Virus record (IMG/VR): IMGVR_UViG_3300030090_002105
Location: 1 to 57,199 of that record
Length of the DNA stretch: 57,199 nt
Source of the DNA: a virus
Taxonomy: Duplodnaviria > Caudoviricetes
Strand: one strand, 5' to 3'
Shown here: one piece after another, positions 8,419 to 16,007 of the stretch
How positions within the stretch are numbered: the stretch's first letter is position 1
Layout: the number at the start of each line of letters is the position of its first letter
The notes under the pieces: generated by a model
The model's input: only the letters and a program-made list of their open reading frames with translations
Told to the model about the DNA's origin: nothing
Databases searched by the model: none
Translations under genes and position numbers: made by a program

Positions 8419-10082
8419 TAATATGCTGCCTCAGCTTCAGGCTCCAGTTTTCTGTAGACTCTAGAAATTGGAGGCGTAGCATCCATATCATAAATTCTAG
8501 ATAAAGCATCCAAGAAATCTGGATGTATAGTTGGAAAAAGATTATACTCATTATCTCTTACCCACTTAGTAAGATCATATAAGCTTCCATTTTCATCTTT
8601 GCACATAATTTTTTTAGAAATAAGAAAGTCTTGTTTTCTATCCATTACGTCCATCTGCAAAGATGTAAGCATTTTTTTGTCTGTTGGATAAGGCCAGAAA
8701 AACGATCCGTCTTTTAGGTCTGGTTCTAATCTTTGTATTCTGTCCTTTTTAGATTGTGATCCGCCCCCGCCAACCCAATTTAATTCGTATATAGGAAAGT
8801 TGCTTCCCTCTATTCTCATCATTTCATTAAAGTGTTCTATGTCACTTTGTGCGCCGTATCTTTCATAACCAACTTTTACTTCTCTAATTCCAGGTGATCT
8901 TTTCCATTTAGCTCTTAACTTTTTTAAAAAATCCCACCTTTCAGAAAGGGTCATTCTATGACAAACACCATCTAAAAGAAATTTATTATAGTTGGCATCT
9001 ACACCAACTACACACATAGCGGTTCTATTCGACTCTTTCTTTTTTGAGCTAGCAGGGTCAACCATAATGTACACGTTCATTGTGTAAGGCCTAACTTCCC
9101 ACTCTCTCCACCATTCGGACTTAAACGATACGTCACTTCCCGCAATAGGGTTAAGCAGTTGCTGACAAGCTACAGTATAAGTAGATGTAGTCTTTTTTAT
9201 TTCTTCCCAACGATCTTCTTCAAGAAACACTGGTATGCCATCCATCTGCCCATTATGAGTAGCTGTGTGTATTCTGGGCTTTACCGCTGCTCTTTGAAGA
9301 ATGGTTCCGTATGTGTCACCATAAGAATACCTAGTTCCTGCGTATTGATACCTAGGGTTGTGTGTAGAGCCAAGGTTTAATGACAGCTCCCACTGAGTAG
9401 TTGTCTTTGCTATCTGCTCTGGAGTTGATACGCTCTCTTGCACAACAACATCATCATAGATAATCAAACCAAAGTGCCTACCTGTTGGTTGGCCATCTAC
9501 AAGGCCATGCGCCTCTACTGTTTGTTCTTTAGGATTTGATTTTCTTTTAACACAAAGCCCCTCGTTCTCTGCCCATTTAGGAGCGTACTGCTTTGGTTTT
9601 TCGTAAAGTATATCAGGATACAAACTTTTAAGCTTTTCGTTTGACTCAAGCTCTTGCATTATCTGTCTAAGGAATGGCTTAGCCTGTTTTGCAGAATAAG
9701 ATAGTATTCCTATTGTTATATCTGGATTACATAGTATTTCCTGAATACAACCAAGATAAGTTATTATAGAACTTTTATAGTGAAAACGTGCCCATAAATC
9801 GAGTCTTCTATCTTTGTCACTTTCGACTTCACGGCATCTTTCATATATCCAAGGATGCAACATGTCGTGGCGATTGCACAAAAAAACGCCAAGATAATAC
9901 CTATCAAGCTGGCCAAGAGTGCGAATAAAGGTATCGTCAATATTAGGATCATTGTGACAATTAGCGTATGCAGAAACAACTTGATCATAATTAGCATGCC
10001 TAGCCCAATTAGCGAAAGAGTATGCAGCTTCTGAATTTTTGGAATCAATGTAAGCATCCCTAACTATTTCTGGTAAACTCAC
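8418..10082 (-). CDS. terL: Terminase large subunit
   Basis: Variant Walker A ARFHYKSS, TGRHFGLIIYDD (Walker B), GTRY coupling motif, nuclease YIMVDPA...HPDFLDALS. Confidence 0.9.
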   Translation of the reverse strand: MSLPEIVRDAYIDSKNSEAAYSFANWARHANYDQVVSAYANCHNDPNIDDTFIRTLGQLDRYYLGVFLCNRHDMLHPWIYERCREVESDKDRRLDLWARFHYKSSIITYLGCIQEILCNPDITIGILSYSAKQAKPFLRQIMQELESNEKLKSLYPDILYEKPKQYAPKWAENEGLCVKRKSNPKEQTVEAHGLVDGQPTGRHFGLIIYDDVVVQESVSTPEQIAKTTTQWELSLNLGSTHNPRYQYAGTRYSYGDTYGTILQRAAVKPRIHTATHNGQMDGIPVFLEEDRWEEIKKTTSTYTVACQQLLNPIAGSDVSFKSEWWREWEVRPYTMNVYIMVDPASSKKKESNRTAMCVVGVDANYNKFLLDGVCHRMTLSERWDFLKKLRAKWKRSPGIREVKVGYERYGAQSDIEHFNEMMRIEGSNFPIYELNWVGGGGSQSKKDRIQRLEPDLKDGSFFWPYPTDKKMLTSLQMDVMDRKQDFLISKKIMCKDENGSLYDLTKWVRDNEYNLFPTIHPDFLDALSRIYDMDATPPISRVYRKLEPEAEAAY

Positions 10083-11128
10083 TAGCTAGTAGGTGTTACT
10101 AATGAAGGACTCATAGGGTTCATTTCATTATAAAGATTACGAACCCATTCTAATTCTGATGGTCTATCAAGATAGTATTTAATTTGTCTTTCATTAAGGC
10201 CTTTCATCCAAGGTTCATCATATGATGAAGCTGGAATATTATTAAGAAAGTTTTCTATAAAAGAATCATTCCGTGATCCTACTGAAGTTCCGCCAGCTCC
10301 TAAAGGTCCTTGTGTTGTTTGTTCGTGAGCTGCTCTAATTGCTTGTCCTATAATGTTAGGATCAACATTAAATCCTGCTTTAGCCAGCCCTGCTTTAATT
10401 GCGTTGCCTATCATATTAAGCTCGCCAATTCCTGGAAGAGCATTCATTCCGTAACCCATGATAGCTCTTAAAGATTTTCCTAAAGGAGTCCTAGCTTCGA
10501 TAGCTGCTTTTTGTAGTTTGCCCAGGATTTCGTAAGCTTTAGCCCTCTGCTCAGGGTTTTCTATATCTTCGATAGGAGCGACACGACCATACATGTCTAC
10601 AGGCTCTCTATTTTGTTCCTGATCTGTAGTGGCTGGTCTTCCAACTCCCATTGGCATACCTATGCGTGTATCCCTAGATGGGTGGGCGCGGACAGTTCGT
10701 ATACCTGGGTCTACGTCTGTTTGGGACGCGGGGCCAGTCATATCCATTCCATCATCAAACATGCCTGCTTTGTCTAGAGCATCTCTTACCGCATCTGTAT
10801 CCATATTATGAGCTTCAAGAGCTGGTGATCCAGGTTGAGCTGGCGCTCCAAATGTAACTTCACGATCTATCTGGCTCATTCCTAAAGCTTTAGCAATAGC
10901 AGATTTAAAATCGGCTATTGACATGTCTGAGCTAGATGCTCCCGGACTTGCCCCTATCATTCCCCCGCTTGGGTCTGTGCCCCCAAAAGCAGGAGCATCT
11001 GGACCTAATGCTGAACCACCTAATGCTGATTCTGCACCTGTTCCTGCGGAGTGACCGCTTATTCCAGAAGGGCCTCCAATTCCATGATCAGGATGTCCGC
11101 CTCCGTGAGCGCCAGCTGGTCCAGCCAT
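10082..11128 (-). CDS. Hypothetical Gly/Pro-rich protein
   Basis: 348-aa ORF coupled to terL, low-complexity N-terminus. Confidence 0.6.
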   Translation of the reverse strand: MAGPAGAHGGGHPDHGIGGPSGISGHSAGTGAESALGGSALGPDAPAFGGTDPSGGMIGASPGASSSDMSIADFKSAIAKALGMSQIDREVTFGAPAQPGSPALEAHNMDTDAVRDALDKAGMFDDGMDMTGPASQTDVDPGIRTVRAHPSRDTRIGMPMGVGRPATTDQEQNREPVDMYGRVAPIEDIENPEQRAKAYEILGKLQKAAIEARTPLGKSLRAIMGYGMNALPGIGELNMIGNAIKAGLAKAGFNVDPNIIGQAIRAAHEQTTQGPLGAGGTSVGSRNDSFIENFLNNIPASSYDEPWMKGLNERQIKYYLDRPSELEWVRNLYNEMNPMSPSLVTPTS

Positions 11129-11129
11129 A

Positions 11130-11246
11130 TCAGTACCCCTTAGAGGGCTTTTTCTTTACTTTTTTTCCGGTTGATTTAGCATAGACTTTAGCTTTTTTCA
11201 TACCAGATTTAGTGTAGGGAAATTTTTTAGTTCCGACTTTAGGCAT
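11130..11246 (-). CDS. Small Lys-rich protein (38 aa), not in ORF track
   Basis: MPKVGTKKFPYTKSGMKKAKVYAKSTGKKVKKKPSKGY fills the gap exactly. Confidence 0.55.
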   Translation of the reverse strand: MPKVGTKKFPYTKSGMKKAKVYAKSTGKKVKKKPSKGY

Positions 11247-11247
11247 A

Positions 11248-11706
11248 TTAATTTAGAAGCTCAGGCTTCTCCTCCATACTTTCGTTTAGTTTATCAATAA
11301 TAGATTCAACATCTACAGCCTTCTTAACTTCTACTGTAGTCTTTTTGGTTTCAGTTTTATCCACTTCCTGCTTTGAATATGTGGAACGATAGTTAAACTT
11401 GTTGACCATCATAAAGGCATACAGAGAGGTGTTAAAAGACTTGTTTTCTAGATTGTCCCTACCTACCTGAATCCAGTGAGCTTCCGAAGCCTGTATACCT
11501 AGCTCAACAGTACGCTGAAAATCTCCTTTCCTTTCGTCCTTGAGCCACCTGTAGAACGTAGCTTTATGAATGCCCAAGAATCTGCATACCTCAACAACGG
11601 TAGCACCACCGGCAAACATTTCAATAACTTTTTTCTTGTTAGCGGTATTCCATACACTGCTATGTACTACAGAACCACCCCTACGTTTTACAGGATTTAC
11701 TGCCAT
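11248..11706 (-). CDS. terS: Terminase small subunit (HTH)
   Basis: HTH TVVEVCRFLGIHKATFYRW, then W...GR...FNTSLYAFMMVNKF; upstream of terL. Confidence 0.7.
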   Translation of the reverse strand: MAVNPVKRRGGSVVHSSVWNTANKKKVIEMFAGGATVVEVCRFLGIHKATFYRWLKDERKGDFQRTVELGIQASEAHWIQVGRDNLENKSFNTSLYAFMMVNKFNYRSTYSKQEVDKTETKKTTVEVKKAVDVESIIDKLNESMEEKPELLN

Positions 11707-11717
11707 ATTATTCTTAA

Positions 11718-12062
11718 TTATTTGCTTCCGCCGCCACCACGCTGAGAACGAGCTGAAGCTGCGTTAGCCCTCATTTTTACTTTATCAGCTTTGTATTTTG
11801 CGTAAGATGTAGTTCCATGCTCTCTCATTCTTTGACCTTTGGGCATGCTATTCCAAGTAGACTCACGCATTACAGAAGAGTCCTTCTTTTTGGGACCACC
11901 TGCGCCCCCGCCTCCGGTAATTTTGCCTGCGGTATTTGATCTTGCTCCTCTAGACCTTGTTCCTAGTGATGCTGATCTAGCACCTGCACCACTTCTTGCT
12001 CCTGCTGCTTTGTTTCCACCCCTGTTTCCTGGACTTCCAGGAGGTCCTGATCCATATGCCAT
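11718..12062 (-). CDS. Gly/Arg-rich basic protein, first gene of the late arm
   Basis: GGAG SD upstream; 114 aa, low complexity. Confidence 0.55.
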   Translation of the reverse strand: MAYGSGPPGSPGNRGGNKAAGARSGAGARSASLGTRSRGARSNTAGKITGGGGAGGPKKKDSSVMRESTWNSMPKGQRMREHGTTSYAKYKADKVKMRANAASARSQRGGGGSK

Positions 12063-12087
12063 TTTAATTCTCCATAGTTGTAAAGTG

Positions 12088-12176
12088 GGGCCGTGTCAGC
12101 AGAAAGGGAGAAGAACCCTCTATCGAGGGGAGAGATGTGCCGACACGTGCCCCGAATATTTACTAATATTATACCA
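12088..12176 (-). promoter_or_regulatory. Candidate late promoter (extended -10 TGGTATAAT) with long leader stem-loop
   Basis: TGGTATAAT on the - strand at 12176-12168, no good -35. Inverted repeat 12088-12101 / 12138-12152 with an inner CCCTC/GAGGG hairpin. Confidence 0.5.
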
Positions 12177-12286
12177 TATTGGGGGGTTCTCGTGTCGCAC
12201 TTTTTAAATAGATCAATCATTTAGCATATATTTTAGCATTCTTACACAATATTTTGCTAAATGGAACCAGGTATAGGTACAGGTAT

Positions 12287-12458
12287 AGATAAATATATAT
12301 TAATATTATATATATATTATATATTATATAGAAGTATTAATATATATATTATAATAAGGGACCACCTTACCTGTGGATAACTTTCCAATTCTCCTTTATA
12401 ATCATAGATTTAACCTAATATTTACCTGTGGATAAGTATGTGGATAACTTGTGTATAA
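12287..12458. other. oriC-like replication origin: AT-rich tract plus four DnaA boxes
   Basis: Nearly pure A/T at 12287-12357. TGTGGATAA (=TTATCCACA) at 12372-12380, 12427-12435 and 12439-12447; TGTGTATAA (=TTATACACA) at 12450-12458. Located at the divergent strand switch. Confidence 0.7.
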
Positions 12459-12480
12459 AAATATACCCCCCAAAAAATTT

Positions 12481-12512
12481 TGGGACCCCTATTTTCTGAA
12501 TGGGACCCCTAT
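12481..12512. repeat. Direct repeat TGGGACCCCTAT x2, 20-bp period
   Basis: Copies at 12481-12492 and 12501-12512. Confidence 0.75.
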
Positions 12513-12726
12513 ATTTCGCCGCTAAGCCAACGGCTATTCCATTCCACATATACCAAAACACCCTATACAGAGATACACATACCATATACCACGTATACAG
12601 ATACCAAACTCTTAGTAAAACGCTAATGTGTTGTTAGTGTCGTTTTTTTATTTATATATATGCGGGTGCGGATCAGGATTCCCAGTCCTGGATCGCCCCG
12701 GTCGGCCCCTCGGAGTACCTTCGAAT

Positions 12727-12742
12727 ATTAGAATATTCTAAT
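12727..12742. promoter_or_regulatory. Perfect 16-bp palindrome ATTAGAATATTCTAAT (operator-like)
   Basis: Seen directly, about 70 bp upstream of the early promoter; function inferred. Confidence 0.45.
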
Positions 12743-12811
12743 TTTCTACACCCTTCTCGCCCAGTATAAGTATATTAGTGGTTTCTTATTGAGCAGAAAA
12801 GTTGGGAGGAC

Positions 12812-12839
12812 TTGCATTTTCTGGTGGTTGTGCTAAAGT
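12812..12839 (+). promoter_or_regulatory. Candidate sigma70 early promoter
   Basis: TTGCAT-16 nt-TAAAGT with extended TG, upstream of AAGGAG and ATG 12891. Confidence 0.55.
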
Positions 12840-12890
12840 GTAGTCACTGGCTGAGGCGACGGGCTGAAGCCACAATAAGGAGTCGCGCTT

Positions 12891-13163
12891 ATGTTTATTA
12901 CCATGAGCGACGGGACTCGCTACGAAGTACCGGCAGAATGTCAGGTCTTTCGGAGTGCTGACGGCGGTAAGATCGGCACCCCAGCGATTCGACAGATTGC
13001 AGGGACTAAGGCAGAGAAGCAGGTATGCAAGGCGAAACGCGACACGCGAAAGCCTAGCCACAGACTGCCTCGCCTTCAAGAAAGCGAGATGAACCGTCGA
13101 ATTAGGATTTGGCAGAAAACGGGTCGCAAAAAAGGCGACGGGTACGCCAGGAAGACTGGTTGA
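12891..13163 (+). CDS. First early gene, basic hypothetical protein
   Basis: TAAGGAG SD, directly after the promoter. Confidence 0.55.
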   Translation: MFITMSDGTRYEVPAECQVFRSADGGKIGTPAIRQIAGTKAEKQVCKAKRDTRKPSHRLPRLQESEMNRRIRIWQKTGRKKGDGYARKTG

Positions 13164-13730
13164 CAGTAGAGGGTGCTGTATGACCCTCTAGTCTCAAAGA
13201 GTCTAGTCCGGCCTAGCGGACGCTAAAGAATGTCTAGGAGTCAATTTGTACCGTAAACCGATGTGTATCGGTTATGGAATGGTACGCCTTAGCGGGAGAC
13301 TGTGGGCTCGCCCTTAAAGCCAGTCAGTATGATGAGTGATCCGTTGCCGGGTCTAACGCAGTCGCGAGGATTTAGAAGTACCTCATAACGAAGTCTAGGC
13401 GATGGCATACCGTGAAGTAACCGAGCGAGGAATCGTTGCATTGTGTGTCGATAGGTCATAGCCTGTTGGGAATATTCAGCCCTAGCGCGTTGCGATGGGG
13501 GGTTGATGACGACTTCGGGAAGCGGGGTGGTGAGCCCTGCGATGTCAGAAGGTCTATTGGTGGGTGAGGGAAAAGCGAGCAAATGCCCGTGAACCATTCT
13601 TAGGACACCAGCATATCATGGCGGGTCAGCGACTTTGGGCGGGGAATCCTGGTCATGTAGAGCGCGATAGGGGAGACTGTTTGAGGGATTACATCCGTAG
13701 TCCGCAATCTCAAACAGAGGAACTGTAACG
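13164..13730 (+). ncRNA. Putative large structured non-coding RNA/leader I
   Basis: No credible + strand ORF; GC-rich relative to the genome; multiple hairpins and two H-type pseudoknots (see findings). Confidence 0.5.
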
Positions 13731-14291
13731 ATGGAAATCATCAAAGATGGCAAGACTCTCGCTACGGCGATCAAACGTGCTGTAAAAGCGATCATGACTA
13801 TGCAGGATCGTGTGCATGAGTTAGCAGTTAGCGCGATGTATCACTACTGGCTTCACGGCGATAGCACGTATCTGACCAATCTTGGGTCTGGTATCACCAA
13901 ATGCAATGGTGTAAACAAGCAGAAGTTTATCGGGTATGTTTCCGAGACTTGTGGCCTTAACTGGGACGTTAAGAACAATCGCTTCAAGAAGGCGAAGAAT
14001 TCTACGTTCACTAAGGATAGCGGTCAGGAGATTTTTCCGCTTCCAAGACTTGAGGCTCAGCGTTGGTATGAGTTTGAGTTAGACACTGAGATGCCTTCAT
14101 GGATGCTCAAGAGGGCGCTTAGGCAGTTGAATACTCAGATAGCCAGTCATAGCGATGAGGCTAAGAGTCAGATTGAGGATGCCTATGACGAGTTTGTAGC
14201 ACTAGAATCCACCATGAAAGAGGTGGGTCTTGGTGTAAGTCAGGAATCTTTCTCTGACGATACTCCAGAGTGGTTGCACCGAGCAGCCTAA
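13731..14291 (+). CDS. Early hypothetical protein
   Basis: GAGGA SD; 186 aa, helical, flanked by the two structured non-coding blocks. Confidence 0.75.
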   Translation: MEIIKDGKTLATAIKRAVKAIMTMQDRVHELAVSAMYHYWLHGDSTYLTNLGSGITKCNGVNKQKFIGYVSETCGLNWDVKNNRFKKAKNSTFTKDSGQEIFPLPRLEAQRWYEFELDTEMPSWMLKRALRQLNTQIASHSDEAKSQIEDAYDEFVALESTMKEVGLGVSQESFSDDTPEWLHRAA

Positions 14292-15010
14292 GTTGCGGGT
14301 TACCCTAGCGATAGGGTAATCCCTCAAGCAGTCAACTACAAGTGATACCTCTGAGACCTTCCGGAGGGCCAGTAGATAGGGCATCTAATGCCGGGTATCA
14401 CCAGTCCTGGGCATGACTGTGATGGGGTATACCATCTAAAAAGGCCCACTAATTTCGTCCTGAGTATGACTAGAGTTAAACTGCTCCGCCTAGGTACGGC
14501 GATAAACTGCCAACTACCCAGATGCTTGTAGAACCGTGGGTGAAGGGTCGATTTACCCGTCAGATGTGCAACGGTTCACCGAATTCCTAAGTCCTGAGTA
14601 TGACTTCATCCTGGTAAACTGCTCACTCAGTGCGTACCAGTAAACACTATGCCAGGGGTATTGGGTAGTAGATTCCCCCACTTCTGGTGACCGTCGAGCC
14701 TGTAATCGTCGGGGTTCTATAATCCGAGGGATAAAAACTGAGGTAGGCCGAATGGACACGCGCTAAACTGTCCTGAGTATGACAGGCATTTAGATCGGGG
14801 TTGCAGATGGTACATATCGCTGGCACTACGGTCGGCAACATAATGACAGGCCATCCCTAGTCGACGGCTCACGATAAATGCAAAACTGCTCACCTGGGGT
14901 ATTGCGGGGAGGGCTGGGTGAGTGAGTAACCTAGCCTACCTAGTAGGGTGGTATAGGGTCATGTCTTAACGGCTCTCAGAGAGGCTTACAGAGCGTCTCA
15001 GGGGCATAAA
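14292..15010 (+). ncRNA. Putative structured non-coding RNA II containing a pseudoknot repeat array
   Basis: No credible ORF; GNRA-capped hairpin at 14297-14322, multibranch stems and 5-6 copies of a covarying pseudoknot. Confidence 0.65.
14402..14891 (+). repeat. Array of mini-pseudoknot motifs GTC-CTGAGTAT-GAC...AAACTGCTC and variants
   Basis: Copies at 14402-14447, 14457-14486, 14488-14511, 14589-14624 and 14768-14891, plus a degenerate copy at 14747-14773. Confidence 0.8.
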
Positions 15011-15025
15011 ATCAGGAGGAACAGT

Positions 15026-15118
15026 ATGTTTGTAGATATTGTGTTGTTCTTGGCCTACTTTGTGGGCTTTGGTGCATTGGTCTTTGGTCAGTATAAACTT
15101 ATGAAACTGTGGAGATAA
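15026..15118 (+). CDS. Small membrane peptide (30 aa), not in ORF track
   Basis: AGGAGG SD; MFVDIVLFLAYFVGFGALVFGQYKLMKLWR. Confidence 0.55.
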   Translation: MFVDIVLFLAYFVGFGALVFGQYKLMKLWR

Positions 15119-15249
15119 TGATGACTACTGAGCGTAAAATTGGCTCTTATGTTGTGCCAGAAGGATGGAATATGTATAAACCAGTAAGAAAAACATGGAG
15201 AATTGTAAGGTACTTTCCATCACCCCCAAAGAAAAAAGAGGAAAAGTAA
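15118..15249 (+). CDS. Small hypothetical protein (43 aa), not in ORF track
   Basis: GGAG SD, TAATG coupling; MMTTERKIGSYVVPEGWNMYKPVRKTWRIVRYFP... Confidence 0.45.
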   Translation: MMTTERKIGSYVVPEGWNMYKPVRKTWRIVRYFPSPPKKKEEK

Positions 15250-15250
15250 T

Positions 15251-15487
15251 ATGGAACTAGCCCTTAATGCTAAAGTTGAGATCAGGTATGGAGAGGGTTG
15301 GTACAAGGGTAGGTACATGATAGTTCGTATTGATCCTGATGGTTCTGAGCGTGAGATGGTCCATTGCGCTGACAAAAAGAATGCATTGTGCTATAAGAAT
15401 TATTTATTGAGTAAGATGCAGTCTGATTTGTATTGGTATCTTGCCCACAACATGGGTAAGGGAGTTAAGTCATTCAACAGGAGATAG
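15251..15487 (+). CDS. Early hypothetical protein
   Basis: GAGG SD, tightly packed. Confidence 0.6.
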   Translation: MELALNAKVEIRYGEGWYKGRYMIVRIDPDGSEREMVHCADKKNALCYKNYLLSKMQSDLYWYLAHNMGKGVKSFNRR

Positions 15488-15489
15488 TT

Positions 15490-15795
15490 ATGTTTACGTC
15501 TACACACAACAAGGGATTTCATATGAAACTCGCTAATGGAGTACACGTTTCTGTTCAGTGGGGGCCAGGATACTATTGCACAAGACGCGATGAGTCTAAT
15601 GTTTTTGATCCTATTAAAAACAGGACTTGGACTTCTAAAACTGCTGAAGTTATGGCATGGACTGATAAGCATCAAATGGGAATTCGTGTTGATGGTGTTG
15701 AATATGACTCGGATGATGTTGTGATAGGTCACTTGGATGTGACTGAAGTGATTGATTTTATTAACAAAGCATCGGAGATGTTTAATGGAGAGTAA
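15490..15795 (+). CDS. Early hypothetical protein
   Basis: GGAG SD; GF...LANG..VSVQWG.G.YC...TAEV motif seen in phage early proteins. Confidence 0.65.
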   Translation: MFTSTHNKGFHMKLANGVHVSVQWGPGYYCTRRDESNVFDPIKNRTWTSKTAEVMAWTDKHQMGIRVDGVEYDSDDVVIGHLDVTEVIDFINKASEMFNGE

Positions 15796-15997
15796 AAAAG
15801 TTGGGTTCAAGTCGGTGTATTATGATGTGATGTTTGTGATTGGAGATCATGCATATCAGCATTTTGAATCTATCCCTTGCGTAGATGATGAACTAACATG
15901 GAAGCATGATTTTTGGTGGAAGGTATACCAGTTCTGTATTGTTAGGGGTATGCCAGATAACTGTGATATGTACTATACTTCTATACCTAATGAATAG
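15785..15997 (+). CDS. Early hypothetical protein
   Basis: The ATG at 15785 after GGAG is the likely start within ORF 15752-15997. Confidence 0.5.
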   Translation: MESKKVGFKSVYYDVMFVIGDHAYQHFESIPCVDDELTWKHDFWWKVYQFCIVRGMPDNCDMYYTSIPNE

Positions 15998-16007
15998 GTA
16001 GATATAG

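Noticed and set aside
13164-13730. Genuine rRNA, tRNA, tmRNA or RNase P gene
   Set aside because: Only isolated short rRNA-like words. No cloverleaf or T-loop, tmRNA ends or RNase P consensus were seen.
14342-14401. Hammerhead, twister or pistol ribozyme
   Set aside because: It is a three-way junction with CTGAGA, but it lacks the CUGAnGA...GAAA core, and the other ribozyme consensus sequences are not met by eye. A covariance search is needed to exclude this fully.
12786-14841. Minus-strand ORFs 12786-13079, 13289-13597, 14202-14384, 14553-14759 and 14647-14841
   Set aside because: They are antisense to the early arm, mostly have non-ATG starts without an SD and show no protein-like motifs; they are expected by chance in GC-richer DNA.
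14402-14891. CRISPR array or mini-array
   Set aside because: The repeats are bipartite, the exact core is only 14 nt, spacing is irregular and conservation is structural. There are no cas genes; the PD-(D/E)xK nuclease belongs to the Sak/SSB module.
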